A stretch of DNA of 64,000 nt from assembly GCA_964580715.1 (NCBI GenBank), contig CAZOKU010000002.1:531-64530 (forward strand), in the 5' to 3' direction. Under the pieces are notes generated by a model. The model had not been told where the DNA came from. It did not search any database and saw only the letters and a list, made by a program, of their open reading frames with translations. This document shows, in pieces, positions 44,447-55,193 of the stretch. The position numbers and the translations under genes were made by a program. The stretch comes from an uncultured Rhizobium sp. GTDB taxonomy: Bacteria > Pseudomonadota > Alphaproteobacteria > Rickettsiales > UBA1997. Every line of letters begins with the position of its first letter. The first letter of the stretch is position 1.

Positions 44447-46600
44447 ATGAAACTTACTCTTCGCAACTTAAAACGCGATCTGCCTGCAAGTATCGTAGTT
44501 TTCTTTGTCGCCCTTCCTTTGTGCCTTGGAATTGCTCTTGCTTCAGGGGCTCCTTTATTTTCAGGAATTATCTCTGGAATTGTCGGCGGAATTGTTGTCG
44601 GATTTGCTAGCAAATCTGAAATCGGCGTCAGTGGCCCTGCTGCTGGTCTTGCCGTTATTGTTTACACCTATATTGCCACTTTAAACAATTCTTACCCCGC
44701 TTTTTTAAACGCTGTAATTATCGCTGGTTTCATACAAATCATCGCGGGCTATCTAAAAATGGGCTCAATTGCTTATTACCTTCCATCTTCGGTGATTAAG
44801 GGAATGCTTTCGGGAATTGGCATCATCATCATTCTCAAACAAATTCCTCACGCAATCGGTTATGACAGCGATTTTGAAGGCGACATGGCTTTTGAACAAC
44901 AAGACGGCTATAACACAATTTCTGAAATCACTCACGCCTATGAACTTCTAACTCCAGAAGTGATTTTAATCTCACTTATTTCAATGTTAATCTTGATTTT
45001 TTGGGATAGGCTTCTTAACCGAAAACATCGAATTTTCAGATTTCTTCAAGGCCCTTTAATGGCCGTATTAATTGGCATCATCATCACCAGCCTTGCTAAA
45101 TCTGGTGTTCTGCCCTTTTATCTTGAAGACAAACATTTAGTCAACATTCCAACTTCGTCTAACCTCAGCGAATTTTTAACTCAATTCACTCTGCCAGATT
45201 TTTCTTATTTAAGAGATCCACAAATTTATTTAATGGGTTTAATTTTAGCAGTTGTAGCAAGCGTTGAAACCTTGCTTTGCGTGGAAGCAACCGACAAAAT
45301 TGATCCTTACAGAAGAATCACCCCAACCAACCGCGAGCTTAAAGCTCAAGGGCTTGGAAACGTAATTTCAGGCTTTATCGGCGGATTGCCTCTAACTCAA
45401 GTTGTGGTGCGAAGCAGTGCCAACGCTTCTTTTGGCGCCAAAACCAAAACTTCAGCAATTCTACATGGTTTTTTCCTTTTATTTACTGCAATTGCAATTC
45501 CCGACATTTTAAACATGATTCCACTAGCAAGCCTTTCCTGCATATTAATCATTGTTGGATATAAACTTGCCACCCCCAAAATTTTCAAAGAAACCTTTAA
45601 GCTAGGGCTAGAACAATTTCTGCCTTTCATCACCACCATTATTGTCATGGTTCTAACCGACTTGCTTAAAGGCGTTGCTGCTGGATTATTGGTTGCAATA
45701 ATTTTCGTATTACATAAAGGCTTACAAAACTCTTATCAACTCATGGTTGAAAAAGGAGTTAGCGGCTCTCAATATCTCGTCCGCCTTGCCGAAGAAGTTT
45801 CTTTCTTAAACAAAGGAAGCATCCTCAAACTTCTTAACTCAATACCTCGGCGCTCTCGTGTCATCATTGACGGTGCTCATTCTGAATATATTCACCATGA
45901 CGTTGTAGAAATCATCGACAATTTTCAAATTAACTCTAAAACTAAAGGCATCAGCCTTGAAGTTCGCGGCAAAGAAATTAACAAAAGAAAGGAAATTTCC
46001 GCCATCAGTCAGAGAGATTTAAAAGAACTAACCCCCAAAAAAGCCATACAACTTTTAAAAGATGGCAATAAAAGATTCGTTAATAACCTTCATATTAACC
46101 GTAATCTATTGCGTCAGGTTAACGACACTTCAAAAGAACAAAATCCTTTTGCCTTTGTTTTAAGCTGCATCGACTCTCGCACCTCTGCAGAGCTGATCTT
46201 CGACCAAGGTTTGGGCGACATCTTATCTTGTCGTATCGCTGGCAATATTTTAAATGACGACATTTTAGGCAGCATGGAATTTGGCTCTAAAGTTATCGGG
46301 GTTAAACTGATCGTAGTTCTTGGCCACAGCGGCTGTGGCGCCATTAAAGGTGCTTGCGAACATGTTGAAATGGGCAATCTCACTGGTCTTTTAGAAAAAA
46401 TCAAACCAGCAATTGCAATGGAAGGCAAAAATCATGACCGCAATTTCGTTGAAAATGTCGCAACAAACAACGTCAAACTAATCATCAAAGACATAACCAA
46501 ACGCAGCCCAATCATCAAAGAACTAATCGGACAACAAAAAATCGCCATAATCGGCGGCATGTATGACGTAGCAACCGGCAAAGTCGAATTTTACGATTAA
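44447..46600 (+). CDS. SulP-family anion transporter fused to a beta-carbonic anhydrase
   Basis: 717 aa. SulP TM core, STAS-like region (YLVRLAEEVSFLNKGS...), then beta-CA motifs CIDSRTSAE and VLGHSGCGAIKGA. Confidence 0.85.
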   Translation: MKLTLRNLKRDLPASIVVFFVALPLCLGIALASGAPLFSGIISGIVGGIVVGFASKSEIGVSGPAAGLAVIVYTYIATLNNSYPAFLNAVIIAGFIQIIAGYLKMGSIAYYLPSSVIKGMLSGIGIIIILKQIPHAIGYDSDFEGDMAFEQQDGYNTISEITHAYELLTPEVILISLISMLILIFWDRLLNRKHRIFRFLQGPLMAVLIGIIITSLAKSGVLPFYLEDKHLVNIPTSSNLSEFLTQFTLPDFSYLRDPQIYLMGLILAVVASVETLLCVEATDKIDPYRRITPTNRELKAQGLGNVISGFIGGLPLTQVVVRSSANASFGAKTKTSAILHGFFLLFTAIAIPDILNMIPLASLSCILIIVGYKLATPKIFKETFKLGLEQFLPFITTIIVMVLTDLLKGVAAGLLVAIIFVLHKGLQNSYQLMVEKGVSGSQYLVRLAEEVSFLNKGSILKLLNSIPRRSRVIIDGAHSEYIHHDVVEIIDNFQINSKTKGISLEVRGKEINKRKEISAISQRDLKELTPKKAIQLLKDGNKRFVNNLHINRNLLRQVNDTSKEQNPFAFVLSCIDSRTSAELIFDQGLGDILSCRIAGNILNDDILGSMEFGSKVIGVKLIVVLGHSGCGAIKGACEHVEMGNLTGLLEKIKPAIAMEGKNHDRNFVENVATNNVKLIIKDITKRSPIIKELIGQQKIAIIGGMYDVATGKVEFYD

Positions 46601-46637
46601 AAGCTGAAATTAGTCCTCAAGCGCTCGGCGCAAGAAA

Positions 46638-46677
46638 GGGGCCAGGCGACTTTTAAGCCTAAAAGTTGCCTGGCCCC
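46638..46677 (+). terminator. Long GC-rich hairpin downstream of the SulP-CA gene
   Basis: ggggccaggcgacttttaagcctaaaagttgcctggcccc has about 19 paired positions and is followed by gttctttc. The stem start GGCCAGGC resembles the hairpin at 49836. Confidence 0.6.
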
Positions 46678-46742
46678 GTTCTTTCGGTTGACATTTTGTT
46701 AATTCAAAAATATGCTGTAGCGTACTATTTTTCTAACTCTAA

Positions 46743-47774
<1,032 letters not shown>

Positions 47775-47790
47775 TTCCTGATAAAAACTA

Positions 47791-47831
47791 TTTGCTGGGC
47801 GGAATTTGCAATTCCGCCCTTCTATTCATGC
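47791..47831. repeat. Family-A palindromic element downstream of ilvC
   Basis: tttgctgggcggaatttgcaattccgcccttctattcatgc. Confidence 0.85.
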
Positions 47832-48000
47832 AATACCCAATTACACCAAATTGCATTTTATATCACAATCGGCGGTTATCCCTTCATAAACAACTCGGTG
47901 TAATGGGATATTTCCCTAACAATCCCAAAAAAAACATCTTTAAAAAAAACATCTCTTATCTAAGATAAAATAATCAAATTATTTTAATCATTATTTTATC

Positions 48001-49344
48001 ATGACCAACTCTCTATCCATCATCATCCTTGCCGCTGGAAAAGGCACTCGAATGAAATCTGATTTGCCAAAAGTAATGCATAAAATTGCGGGCAGAGAAA
48101 TGCTCAACATGGTTATTGATGAAGCAAAAAAACTTTTCCCCAAAAACATCACCGTCGTGGTTTCTGATGAAATGCAAAATTCTTTTACAAAAATTCTCAA
48201 AGAACATCCAGAAACAAAAATTAATTTTGCTATACAAAAAGAACGCAAAGGCACAGCTCACGCGCTTCAAACTGGTTTAGAAAATCTGTCTGATTTAGGT
48301 GAAAAACTTTTAGTTTTATATGGCGACACTCCCTTAATAAAACATGCAACCTTAGAAAAAATGATCGAAAAACTCGATAATTTTTCACTATGCGTTTTAG
48401 GCTTTGATGATGAAGAAGAAAATGCCTATGGACGCTTGGTAATAGACGATCACGGCCATATCGAAAAAATCGTAGAATTTAAAGATGCTACAAATGAAGA
48501 AAAGAAAATTTCTTTATGCAATTCTGGCGTGATGGCAATTGACGGACATCAAATTAAAAATTTATTATCGCAAATCAACAACCATAACGCTGCTGGTGAA
48601 TTTTATCTCACTGACATTGTTGCAATCGCAGGAAAATCAGGGCTTAAACGTAGTTTCATTAAAACCGAAATAAATCAAGTTTTAGGCGTTAATTCACGCT
48701 TTGAACTAGCAAAACTTGAAACTATCAAACAACAAGAAATCAGAAAAAAAATGATGGATGATGGCGTAACTTTGCTTGATCCAGAGTCAGTTTATTTTTC
48801 TTACAACACCAAAATCGCCTCAGATGTCATCATTCATCCGCATGTGGTTTTTGGCAAAGATGTTGAAATCAGCAAAAATGTCGAGATCAAATCTTTCTCA
48901 CACATTGAAGGCGCTGTAGTAAAATCTCATTCAGTGGTTGGGCCATTTGCGCGCTTGCGTCCCGGCACCATAATTTCTGAAAATGCTAAAATTGGCAATT
49001 TCGTTGAAGTAAAAAAATCTAACATCAAAACTGGCGCCAAAATCAACCATTTAAGCTATATTGGCGACAGTGAAATCGGCGAAAATTCTAACATTGGCGC
49101 TGGCACCATCACTTGCAATTATGATGGCTATAACAAATTCAACACTATCATTGGAAAAGATGTTTTTGTCGGCTCAAATTCTGCATTAGTTGCACCAATA
49201 ACCATCGAAGACGGCGCAGTTATTGGCGCTGGAAGTGTTATCACCAAAGATGTAAAAAAAGATGAATTAGCAGTTGCAAGATCAAAACAAATTGCGATTC
49301 TTGATGGCGGAAAAAAATTTCATCAAACCAAATCTAAAAAATAA
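48001..49344 (+). CDS. glmU: Bifunctional UDP-N-acetylglucosamine pyrophosphorylase / glucosamine-1-phosphate N-acetyltransferase GlmU
   Basis: 447 aa. LAAGKGTRMKS, YGDTPL and C-terminal hexapeptide repeats (IGDSEIGENSNIGAGTITCNYDG). Confidence 0.95.
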   Translation: MTNSLSIIILAAGKGTRMKSDLPKVMHKIAGREMLNMVIDEAKKLFPKNITVVVSDEMQNSFTKILKEHPETKINFAIQKERKGTAHALQTGLENLSDLGEKLLVLYGDTPLIKHATLEKMIEKLDNFSLCVLGFDDEEENAYGRLVIDDHGHIEKIVEFKDATNEEKKISLCNSGVMAIDGHQIKNLLSQINNHNAAGEFYLTDIVAIAGKSGLKRSFIKTEINQVLGVNSRFELAKLETIKQQEIRKKMMDDGVTLLDPESVYFSYNTKIASDVIIHPHVVFGKDVEISKNVEIKSFSHIEGAVVKSHSVVGPFARLRPGTIISENAKIGNFVEVKKSNIKTGAKINHLSYIGDSEIGENSNIGAGTITCNYDGYNKFNTIIGKDVFVGSNSALVAPITIEDGAVIGAGSVITKDVKKDELAVARSKQIAILDGGKKFHQTKSKK

Positions 49345-49824
49345 GTGAAAAAAATCTTTAATTTATTTATCACATTTTTATCGCTTTCTTTCCTACTGCC
49401 TCAAGCTTCTTTGGCCAACCAAACCATCGAAGAAGTCAATTATTTTGCCTCGCTTCGTGCCGCACAAACCAACGTGAGATCTGGCCCCGGCCAAAGTTAT
49501 CCAATCAAATTCACTTACAAACTTCGCGGCATTCCAGTTCGAGTTGTGCGCGAATATGACAATTGGAACGAAATCGAAGATTATGATGGCCAAACTGGCT
49601 GGGTTACACAAAGCCTGCTCACCAAAAAAAGAACTTTAATGGTACGCACCACCAAAAGCTTCATCAACATGCACAGCAAAGACAACCACAAATCCCGCAT
49701 CATCTATCACCTAGAAAACAACGTAATTGGCGATTATATCAACTGCTCAGATAATTGGTGCGCAGTCAAAATCAACAACAAAAAAGGCTGGGTGCAAAAG
49801 GAAGAACTTTGGGGAATTGAATAA
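49345..49824 (+). CDS. Secreted SH3-like (DUF1058-type) domain protein
   Basis: 159 aa with a GTG start. Signal peptide. NVRSGPGQSYPIKFTYKLRGIPVRVVREYDNWNEIEDYDGQTGWV and C..NWCAVKINNKKGWVQKEELWG match the alphaproteobacterial SH3-like pattern (from memory). Confidence 0.65.
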   Translation: MKKIFNLFITFLSLSFLLPQASLANQTIEEVNYFASLRAAQTNVRSGPGQSYPIKFTYKLRGIPVRVVREYDNWNEIEDYDGQTGWVTQSLLTKKRTLMVRTTKSFINMHSKDNHKSRIIYHLENNVIGDYINCSDNWCAVKINNKKGWVQKEELWGIE

Positions 49825-49835
49825 AAAATTGGAAA

Positions 49836-49868
49836 GGAGCCAGGCTGACGTCGTTGCTTGGCTCTTTT
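49836..49868 (+). terminator. Rho-independent terminator-like hairpin after the SH3-like gene
   Basis: ggagccaggctgacgtcgttgcttggctc followed by tttt. Confidence 0.6.
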
Positions 49869-50328
49869 CTAACCTAAGATTCTAGTGGGTTTGGTTGTGG
49901 TGTGGTTACTATTTGTGATGCTGGTATGGTGGTGTTGAGTATGTTTTATGGTGCTGGCCTATTTTGTGATGTTTCGGGTTTTAAAGCCATGGTATTATAA
50001 TCATAATCCATAACTTCTCGTGGTGTTCTCTGGGCTTGCGTGACAGTGTTCAGTGTTGCAGAGCCGTCCTCTATTAATTTGGGCTCAGAATAAAAATTTA
50101 TATATAATATCTCAATAAAACGCGCCAACAGCCGCTTGAAATGCTTCATAAGGTGCAAATGGTACAAAAAACGCGGATAATGGTGATTAATATGCAAAAG
50201 CTTCATGTTCTAAAAAGAATCATTGTTAAGAATTGTTAAACAAGCCTAAACAAAAAAGTTGATTTAAGGTTAAAAAGCAAATTAGTTATATTAATTCCAT
50301 CAATAACTACATTGATATTATCAATTAT

Positions 50329-51264
50329 ATGACCGATTTAAATAATTTTTTTTACAAAAAAAATGTATTGCAACAGATCAAAGGATTCTATTATGCAACT
50401 AGACTTAAAAGCGTTTCAGAAGCCGCAAAAGCTATGAATTTAACTCAATCTACTGTTAGTTTACAGATTGGATCTTTAGAAAGAGATTTAGGCTTAAAAT
50501 TGTTAAAAAGAGATAGCAAGCCAATTTCACCAACTTTAGATGGTGAAGAGTTTTACAAATTAATCTGCCCTTTAATACAAAAATTTGAATCAGTTATTAA
50601 GAATTTTCTAGATAGCAAAAAGAAAAAAGAAGAAAAACAAATTAAAATTGCTGTGCATCACATAGCCATTTCTTATCTAATGCCAAAAGTGGTTGCACAA
50701 TTTAAAAAAATTAATCCAGACGTTAAAATTATTATTAAAAATATTGCACCTCTCGACGCAATAAATGCTCTCAAGAATGGCGAATTAGATCTAATTTTTT
50801 ACCCAAATTTATCGCAAGATCCAGAAATAGAATATATCGAGAGCTTTTCTTATGACCCAATATTAATCATGAATAAAAACCATCCGCTAGCTAGAAAAAA
50901 AATTCAAAGTTTAAAAGATTTAAAAGATTTTGATTTAATTAGAATTGACAAAGGACTGATAACATTGCCTTTATTTGAAGAAGCGGTCAAAAATCATCAT
51001 TTGAAAGGCAGTGTGGAATTCGAAAATGGCAATTGGGAAATGCTCAAACATTTTGTTAAAGAAAACGATTTTGTGGCAATTATTTCAACAATTTGCCTAG
51101 ATAAAAATGATTCTGACTTAGTGGTAAAAGATCTATCCAATTTCTTCCCAAAGATGGGTTACAATATGGCCATTAAAAAGGGTAACCTGTTAAAAACATC
51201 CATAAAAGATTTTATTAATTCATCACAGAAAGTAAGAAACACACTTGTAGAGCCAAAGAATTAG
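50329..51264 (+). CDS. LysR-family transcriptional regulator
   Basis: 311 aa. N-terminal wHTH (LKSVSEAAKAMNLTQSTVSLQIGSLERDLGLKLL) plus a LysR substrate-binding domain. Confidence 0.85.
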   Translation: MTDLNNFFYKKNVLQQIKGFYYATRLKSVSEAAKAMNLTQSTVSLQIGSLERDLGLKLLKRDSKPISPTLDGEEFYKLICPLIQKFESVIKNFLDSKKKKEEKQIKIAVHHIAISYLMPKVVAQFKKINPDVKIIIKNIAPLDAINALKNGELDLIFYPNLSQDPEIEYIESFSYDPILIMNKNHPLARKKIQSLKDLKDFDLIRIDKGLITLPLFEEAVKNHHLKGSVEFENGNWEMLKHFVKENDFVAIISTICLDKNDSDLVVKDLSNFFPKMGYNMAIKKGNLLKTSIKDFINSSQKVRNTLVEPKN

Positions 51265-51660
51265 CCAAAACTTTGTAAATAATACAGAAATGCATCAAGT
51301 TGGCATTGTTGCATGGCTTTTCCACTGCTCAGGCAGCGTTACATAACGACACCGGAGCAGTGGAACACACACCATACAGTAAAAATTCAAAAACGGGTCT
51401 TTGTGCTATAAGTATCACATGCGCTATTTAAATGTCAGTTAATTACTCCTAAATCCCAATAAACTCTTGCAATATCACGTTATTATATGATTTAATTACA
51501 CTATTGATTCCTTCAATATGGTATTAATTTTTTATGAATTATACAAATTCTTTCAAGAAAAATGAAAAATTGGATTTAGTTCACCATGTTATTTTCTTTT
51601 TGTTTAAAAATAATAATCATTATTTAACGATCGGTAGCTTTCTTTGGGGGCTGTTTTGAC

Positions 51661-53001
51661 ATGTCAAGACGAGATCATACTTTATTATCTCCACATCATT
51701 TGGAAGCTTTTGAATTTTTAGAAAAAAAATCTTCACCTGGATATGACTTATCATCTGCAACACCTATAACAGCCGCCTCAAGTACAGTTCTAAAAGAAGC
51801 AATTAGTTCTGGGCAGTTATCTTATGCTCACTTTACTGGCGAATCGAGGGGAAGTGAAGATGTTTTAAAAAAATGCACCTCTTTTTTTCAAAAACATGGT
51901 ATAAAATGCAAAACTAAAAATATCGCTCTTTTCAGTGATGGCATAACTTCTGCTATAGGACAAGCATATAACTTATTAAAAGTAAAAAGTATATTGGTCC
52001 CAACACCAACTTTTGGATATTTTTTTAAACAACTTAATAAATTTGGTATTAGTTTTGTAACTATACCTACTAATAAAGATAGCGGATTCCTAATCGATCC
52101 GGAAGAATTAGAAAAATCAATTATTAAAAATAATATTCGTGTTTTGCTAATTTGTTACCCTAACAACCCAACTGGAGTTGTAATAACAGAAGAAAATGCT
52201 AGAGCAATAGCAGAAGTGGTTAAAAGATATAATGTCTTTGTTATACAAGATGCAATTTTCCTTGAAAATTCATTATCTAGCGAAACAAACAAGAATTTTT
52301 TAATTGCTGCCGTAGAGGGTATGCTAGATAGATCTTTAACTTTATACAGCACTTCTAAAATGATGTCCCATGCAGCAGATCATGTTGCCGTTGGTGTTGG
52401 TCCAGAAGATTTAGTTAAAGATTTTGCAAAGCTTGGGGGACATTCAGTATTCTCTGAAAGAGTTTTTACTTCCGCAGTAAAAGAAATCGAAGAAAACCAT
52501 GAATATTTCGAAGATGCCAGACAAAAATATTTAAATAACATTTGGTTAGTGAATACAAAAATCGAAGTTCTAAATGAAAAATTTAGTAAAATTTTTGGTG
52601 AACAAGATGCAGATGAACAACCCTATGTAAAACCATATATCGAAATTCCAGAAGCTGGAAATGTCTATTTGCTAGACTTTTCTGGTTTAAAAGGAAAAAT
52701 ATTTGATGGCAAAGAAATGTTAACTGGACTTGATATTAGTAAATTCTTACTTGAAAATGCTTCGGTTGCAACTGTTCCTGGTGAATGTTTTTTCTTTCCA
52801 GAAGAATCAATGTTAGTAAGAATTTCTTTGGGTCATCCAATTGAATATATTAGCGAAGCTTTTAATAGTATAATTTATTCCGTAGAAAAACTCAATGTCG
52901 TAGAAAAAACTGATCCAAGGTCTTCACCGTCTTCAAGCAAAGCTAAACCTCTTTCTGAAGCTGCTATGGAAGCTATGAAATCAATCAAATCCCGCCTATA
53001 A
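51661..53001 (+). CDS. PLP-dependent aminotransferase (class I/II fold)
   Basis: 446 aa. CYPNNPTGVV, VIQDAIF and YSTSKMM (candidate Schiff-base Lys) are in the expected order and spacing. Confidence 0.7.
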   Translation: MSRRDHTLLSPHHLEAFEFLEKKSSPGYDLSSATPITAASSTVLKEAISSGQLSYAHFTGESRGSEDVLKKCTSFFQKHGIKCKTKNIALFSDGITSAIGQAYNLLKVKSILVPTPTFGYFFKQLNKFGISFVTIPTNKDSGFLIDPEELEKSIIKNNIRVLLICYPNNPTGVVITEENARAIAEVVKRYNVFVIQDAIFLENSLSSETNKNFLIAAVEGMLDRSLTLYSTSKMMSHAADHVAVGVGPEDLVKDFAKLGGHSVFSERVFTSAVKEIEENHEYFEDARQKYLNNIWLVNTKIEVLNEKFSKIFGEQDADEQPYVKPYIEIPEAGNVYLLDFSGLKGKIFDGKEMLTGLDISKFLLENASVATVPGECFFFPEESMLVRISLGHPIEYISEAFNSIIYSVEKLNVVEKTDPRSSPSSSKAKPLSEAAMEAMKSIKSRL

Positions 53002-53003
53002 CC

Positions 53004-53771
53004 ATGAAAATCCTATTACTAATAAACAACGATATTCATTCTGCAACCGCTCTGAATCTTCTACTTCCTGAGTTAAGAAAGAATGAGGTTAGAATAATTT
53101 TATCTGAAATAAATTCTTATAAAGACAAAGCGCCAGAGCTGCTTGCAATGGAAGAAATTGAGCGCGATGCAGTGAAGGAAGGGTTTTTGCAGAAAAATGA
53201 TTTATCGACTTTTGGTTATATCTTAGAAAACAAACAATTTAAAACCTTCGAACAAATTGCAAAAATACTTAATTGTCAGATAAAAATTTATGACAACATA
53301 AATTCAGAAAAATCTATTTTTGATTTAAAAGAATTTGCGCCAGATCTGGCTTTGTCTATTCGTTTTCGTCAAATTTTGCATGAAGAAATAATAAAAATTC
53401 CAAAGAATGGCGTAATCAATCTTCATTCTGGTCTTTTGCCGCAATTTCGTGGAGTTTTGCCAAGCTTCTGGACAATTTTGTCAGGAGAAAAAACTTTAGG
53501 AACAACACTGCACTTTATAAATAATCGAAAAATTGATGTCGGAGACATTATTGGCTTTACTACAAAAGACGTTGATTTTAATCAATCTTTATCAGCAAAC
53601 ATAAACCAGCTTTATTATGAAGGGTGTCAGTTAATTGTTAATACGATAAACAAAATTAATAGCAATTCTATTATCAAAACCACTAAGCAAGATGAGACTT
53701 GCGCTCGATATTTTTCTTATCCGCAAGAAAGTGACGTGAAAAAATTTTTGCAAATTATGAAGTTGGTTTAA
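53004..53771 (+). CDS. Formyltransferase-family protein (Fmt/PurN-like catalytic domain only)
   Basis: 255 aa. INLHSGLLPQFRGVLPSFWTILSGEKTLGTTLHFINNRKIDVGDII contains the N/H/D catalytic pattern of formyl transferases. It starts 2 nt after the aminotransferase stop. Confidence 0.7.
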   Translation: MKILLLINNDIHSATALNLLLPELRKNEVRIILSEINSYKDKAPELLAMEEIERDAVKEGFLQKNDLSTFGYILENKQFKTFEQIAKILNCQIKIYDNINSEKSIFDLKEFAPDLALSIRFRQILHEEIIKIPKNGVINLHSGLLPQFRGVLPSFWTILSGEKTLGTTLHFINNRKIDVGDIIGFTTKDVDFNQSLSANINQLYYEGCQLIVNTINKINSNSIIKTTKQDETCARYFSYPQESDVKKFLQIMKLV

Positions 53772-53846
53772 GGCGATATCTCAATTTAAGCTGAAGCGGC
53801 ATAGTCTTGGAACACTCAGGATGCCTGAGAAACAAGAAAGAAAAAA

Positions 53847-54749
53847 CTATTCAGATTTTTTCCTTGGATCGAAATAAAGCAGGATTGGTGCGGAGATGTA
53901 GATTGAAGAGTAAGTTCCAATAATAATGCCAACAAAAGTTGCTGTGCTGAAGCTTTTCAAAGCTTCTCCACCAAACAACATCAAAGCAAGCAGTGAAATC
54001 AATGTAACGCTGGAAGTTAGGATGGTTCGGCTCATGGTTGAGTTGGTGCTAGAATTAATCAAGTCAGACAAATCCATTTTTTTGTAAAGACGCAAATTTT
54101 CGCGAATGCGATCATAAATCACCACTGAGTCATTGATTGAATAACCAATCACCGTAAGGATTGCCGCAATTGAAGTTAAGTTAAATTCCAACCCGCTTAA
54201 AGAATAAAAACCAACAGTTAAAAATGCATCATGCAATAAAGCAAAAATTCCACCAAGACCAAACTGCCAATCAAAACGAATCCAAATGTAAATCATAATA
54301 AAAATGAAAGACATCAAAAGCGCCATGAAGCCTTTTTTAATCAGCTCCAAGCCAACTTGCGGGCCAACATAATCAATTTTTCGATATTCAATTTGTGAGA
54401 ATTTTTTGCTTAAAATTTCTTGAATTTTCTTAACCACTAAAGACTGCTCTTGCTCAGTTTTTGCCACTCGAATCAACAAATCTTTTTGATCAACATTTTG
54501 AATTTGCACATCTTTTATTTCAGCGCTCAACATTTTTCGAACTTCCGCAACATCAACAGCCTCTTGAACTCTTGCTTCAATTAAAATTCCACCAGCAAAA
54601 TCAATTCCGAAATTCAAACCCTTAACCATAACCAAAACCACTGATCCAATAATGCAAACAACCGACGCAATAAGCGCCAATTTATGCACTTTCATAAAAT
54701 CGATTTTGGTATTATTTAAAGCTGAACGAAAAGCAGAGATTATTTTCAT
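53847..54749 (-). CDS. secF: Protein translocase subunit SecF
   Basis: 300 aa. GLNFGIDFAGG, DAFLTVGFYSL, IAAILTVIGYSINDSVVIYDRIREN. Confidence 0.9.
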   Translation of the reverse strand: MKIISAFRSALNNTKIDFMKVHKLALIASVVCIIGSVVLVMVKGLNFGIDFAGGILIEARVQEAVDVAEVRKMLSAEIKDVQIQNVDQKDLLIRVAKTEQEQSLVVKKIQEILSKKFSQIEYRKIDYVGPQVGLELIKKGFMALLMSFIFIMIYIWIRFDWQFGLGGIFALLHDAFLTVGFYSLSGLEFNLTSIAAILTVIGYSINDSVVIYDRIRENLRLYKKMDLSDLINSSTNSTMSRTILTSSVTLISLLALMLFGGEALKSFSTATFVGIIIGTYSSIYISAPILLYFDPRKKSE

Positions 54750-54809
54750 CTTAATAGTGTTTTCAAGCTTTTAAAAGAGTTGCTGTAGCATTGGGTTTGA
54801 GCGCAGTGT

Positions 54810-54855
54810 CTTTCAAGCACTGGGCGGAATTAAAAACTGCGCCCAAGCTTGAAAG
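54810..54855. repeat. Palindromic hairpin between rpsT and secF
   Basis: ctttcaagcactgggcg-N12-gcgcccaagcttgaaag. There is no clear U-tract on the rpsT sense strand, so its role as a terminator is uncertain. Confidence 0.6.
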
Positions 54856-54864
54856 TTAAAAATA

Positions 54865-55134
54865 TTATGCAGTTTTTAATGTGCGAATTTTTGCTGCAAT
54901 TCTGGTTAATTTTCTTGCTGCTGTGTTTAGCTTGTAAACCTTTTTGGTTACACCACGCATGATTTCAGGTTCCAAAGCTTTAAAAGCTTCACGAGCCTGT
55001 TTTTCATCACCAGATTTAATTGCATCATCAACTTTTCTGATGAAAGTTCTGATACGATTTTTTCTTGCGTTATTTACTTCGTTTTTTGCCGCACTTGAGC
55101 GTAACGCTTTCTTCGCTGCTTTAGTATTTGCCAT
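54865..55134 (-). CDS. rpsT: 30S ribosomal protein S20
   Basis: 89 aa. MANTKAAKKALRSSAAKNEVNNARKNRIRTFIRKV, typical of S20. Confidence 0.95.
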   Translation of the reverse strand: MANTKAAKKALRSSAAKNEVNNARKNRIRTFIRKVDDAIKSGDEKQAREAFKALEPEIMRGVTKKVYKLNTAARKLTRIAAKIRTLKTA

Positions 55135-55193
55135 GAGTTAATGTATATTTAGTTTTTAAAAACAGGCCCGCCAAAATATTGATTTAATTGAAA

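Noticed and set aside
49946-50206. 86-aa minus-strand ORF divergent from the LysR gene
   Set aside because: I see no recognisable motif or Shine-Dalgarno sequence, and the composition is odd. It may be real (LysR regulators often have divergent targets), but the sequence alone does not support a call.
54781-54809. Possible additional degenerate family-A copy (gctgtagcattgggtttgagcgcagtgtc)
   Set aside because: Only loose similarity (GCTG..GGGTTTG) and no stem can be formed. This is too weak to call.
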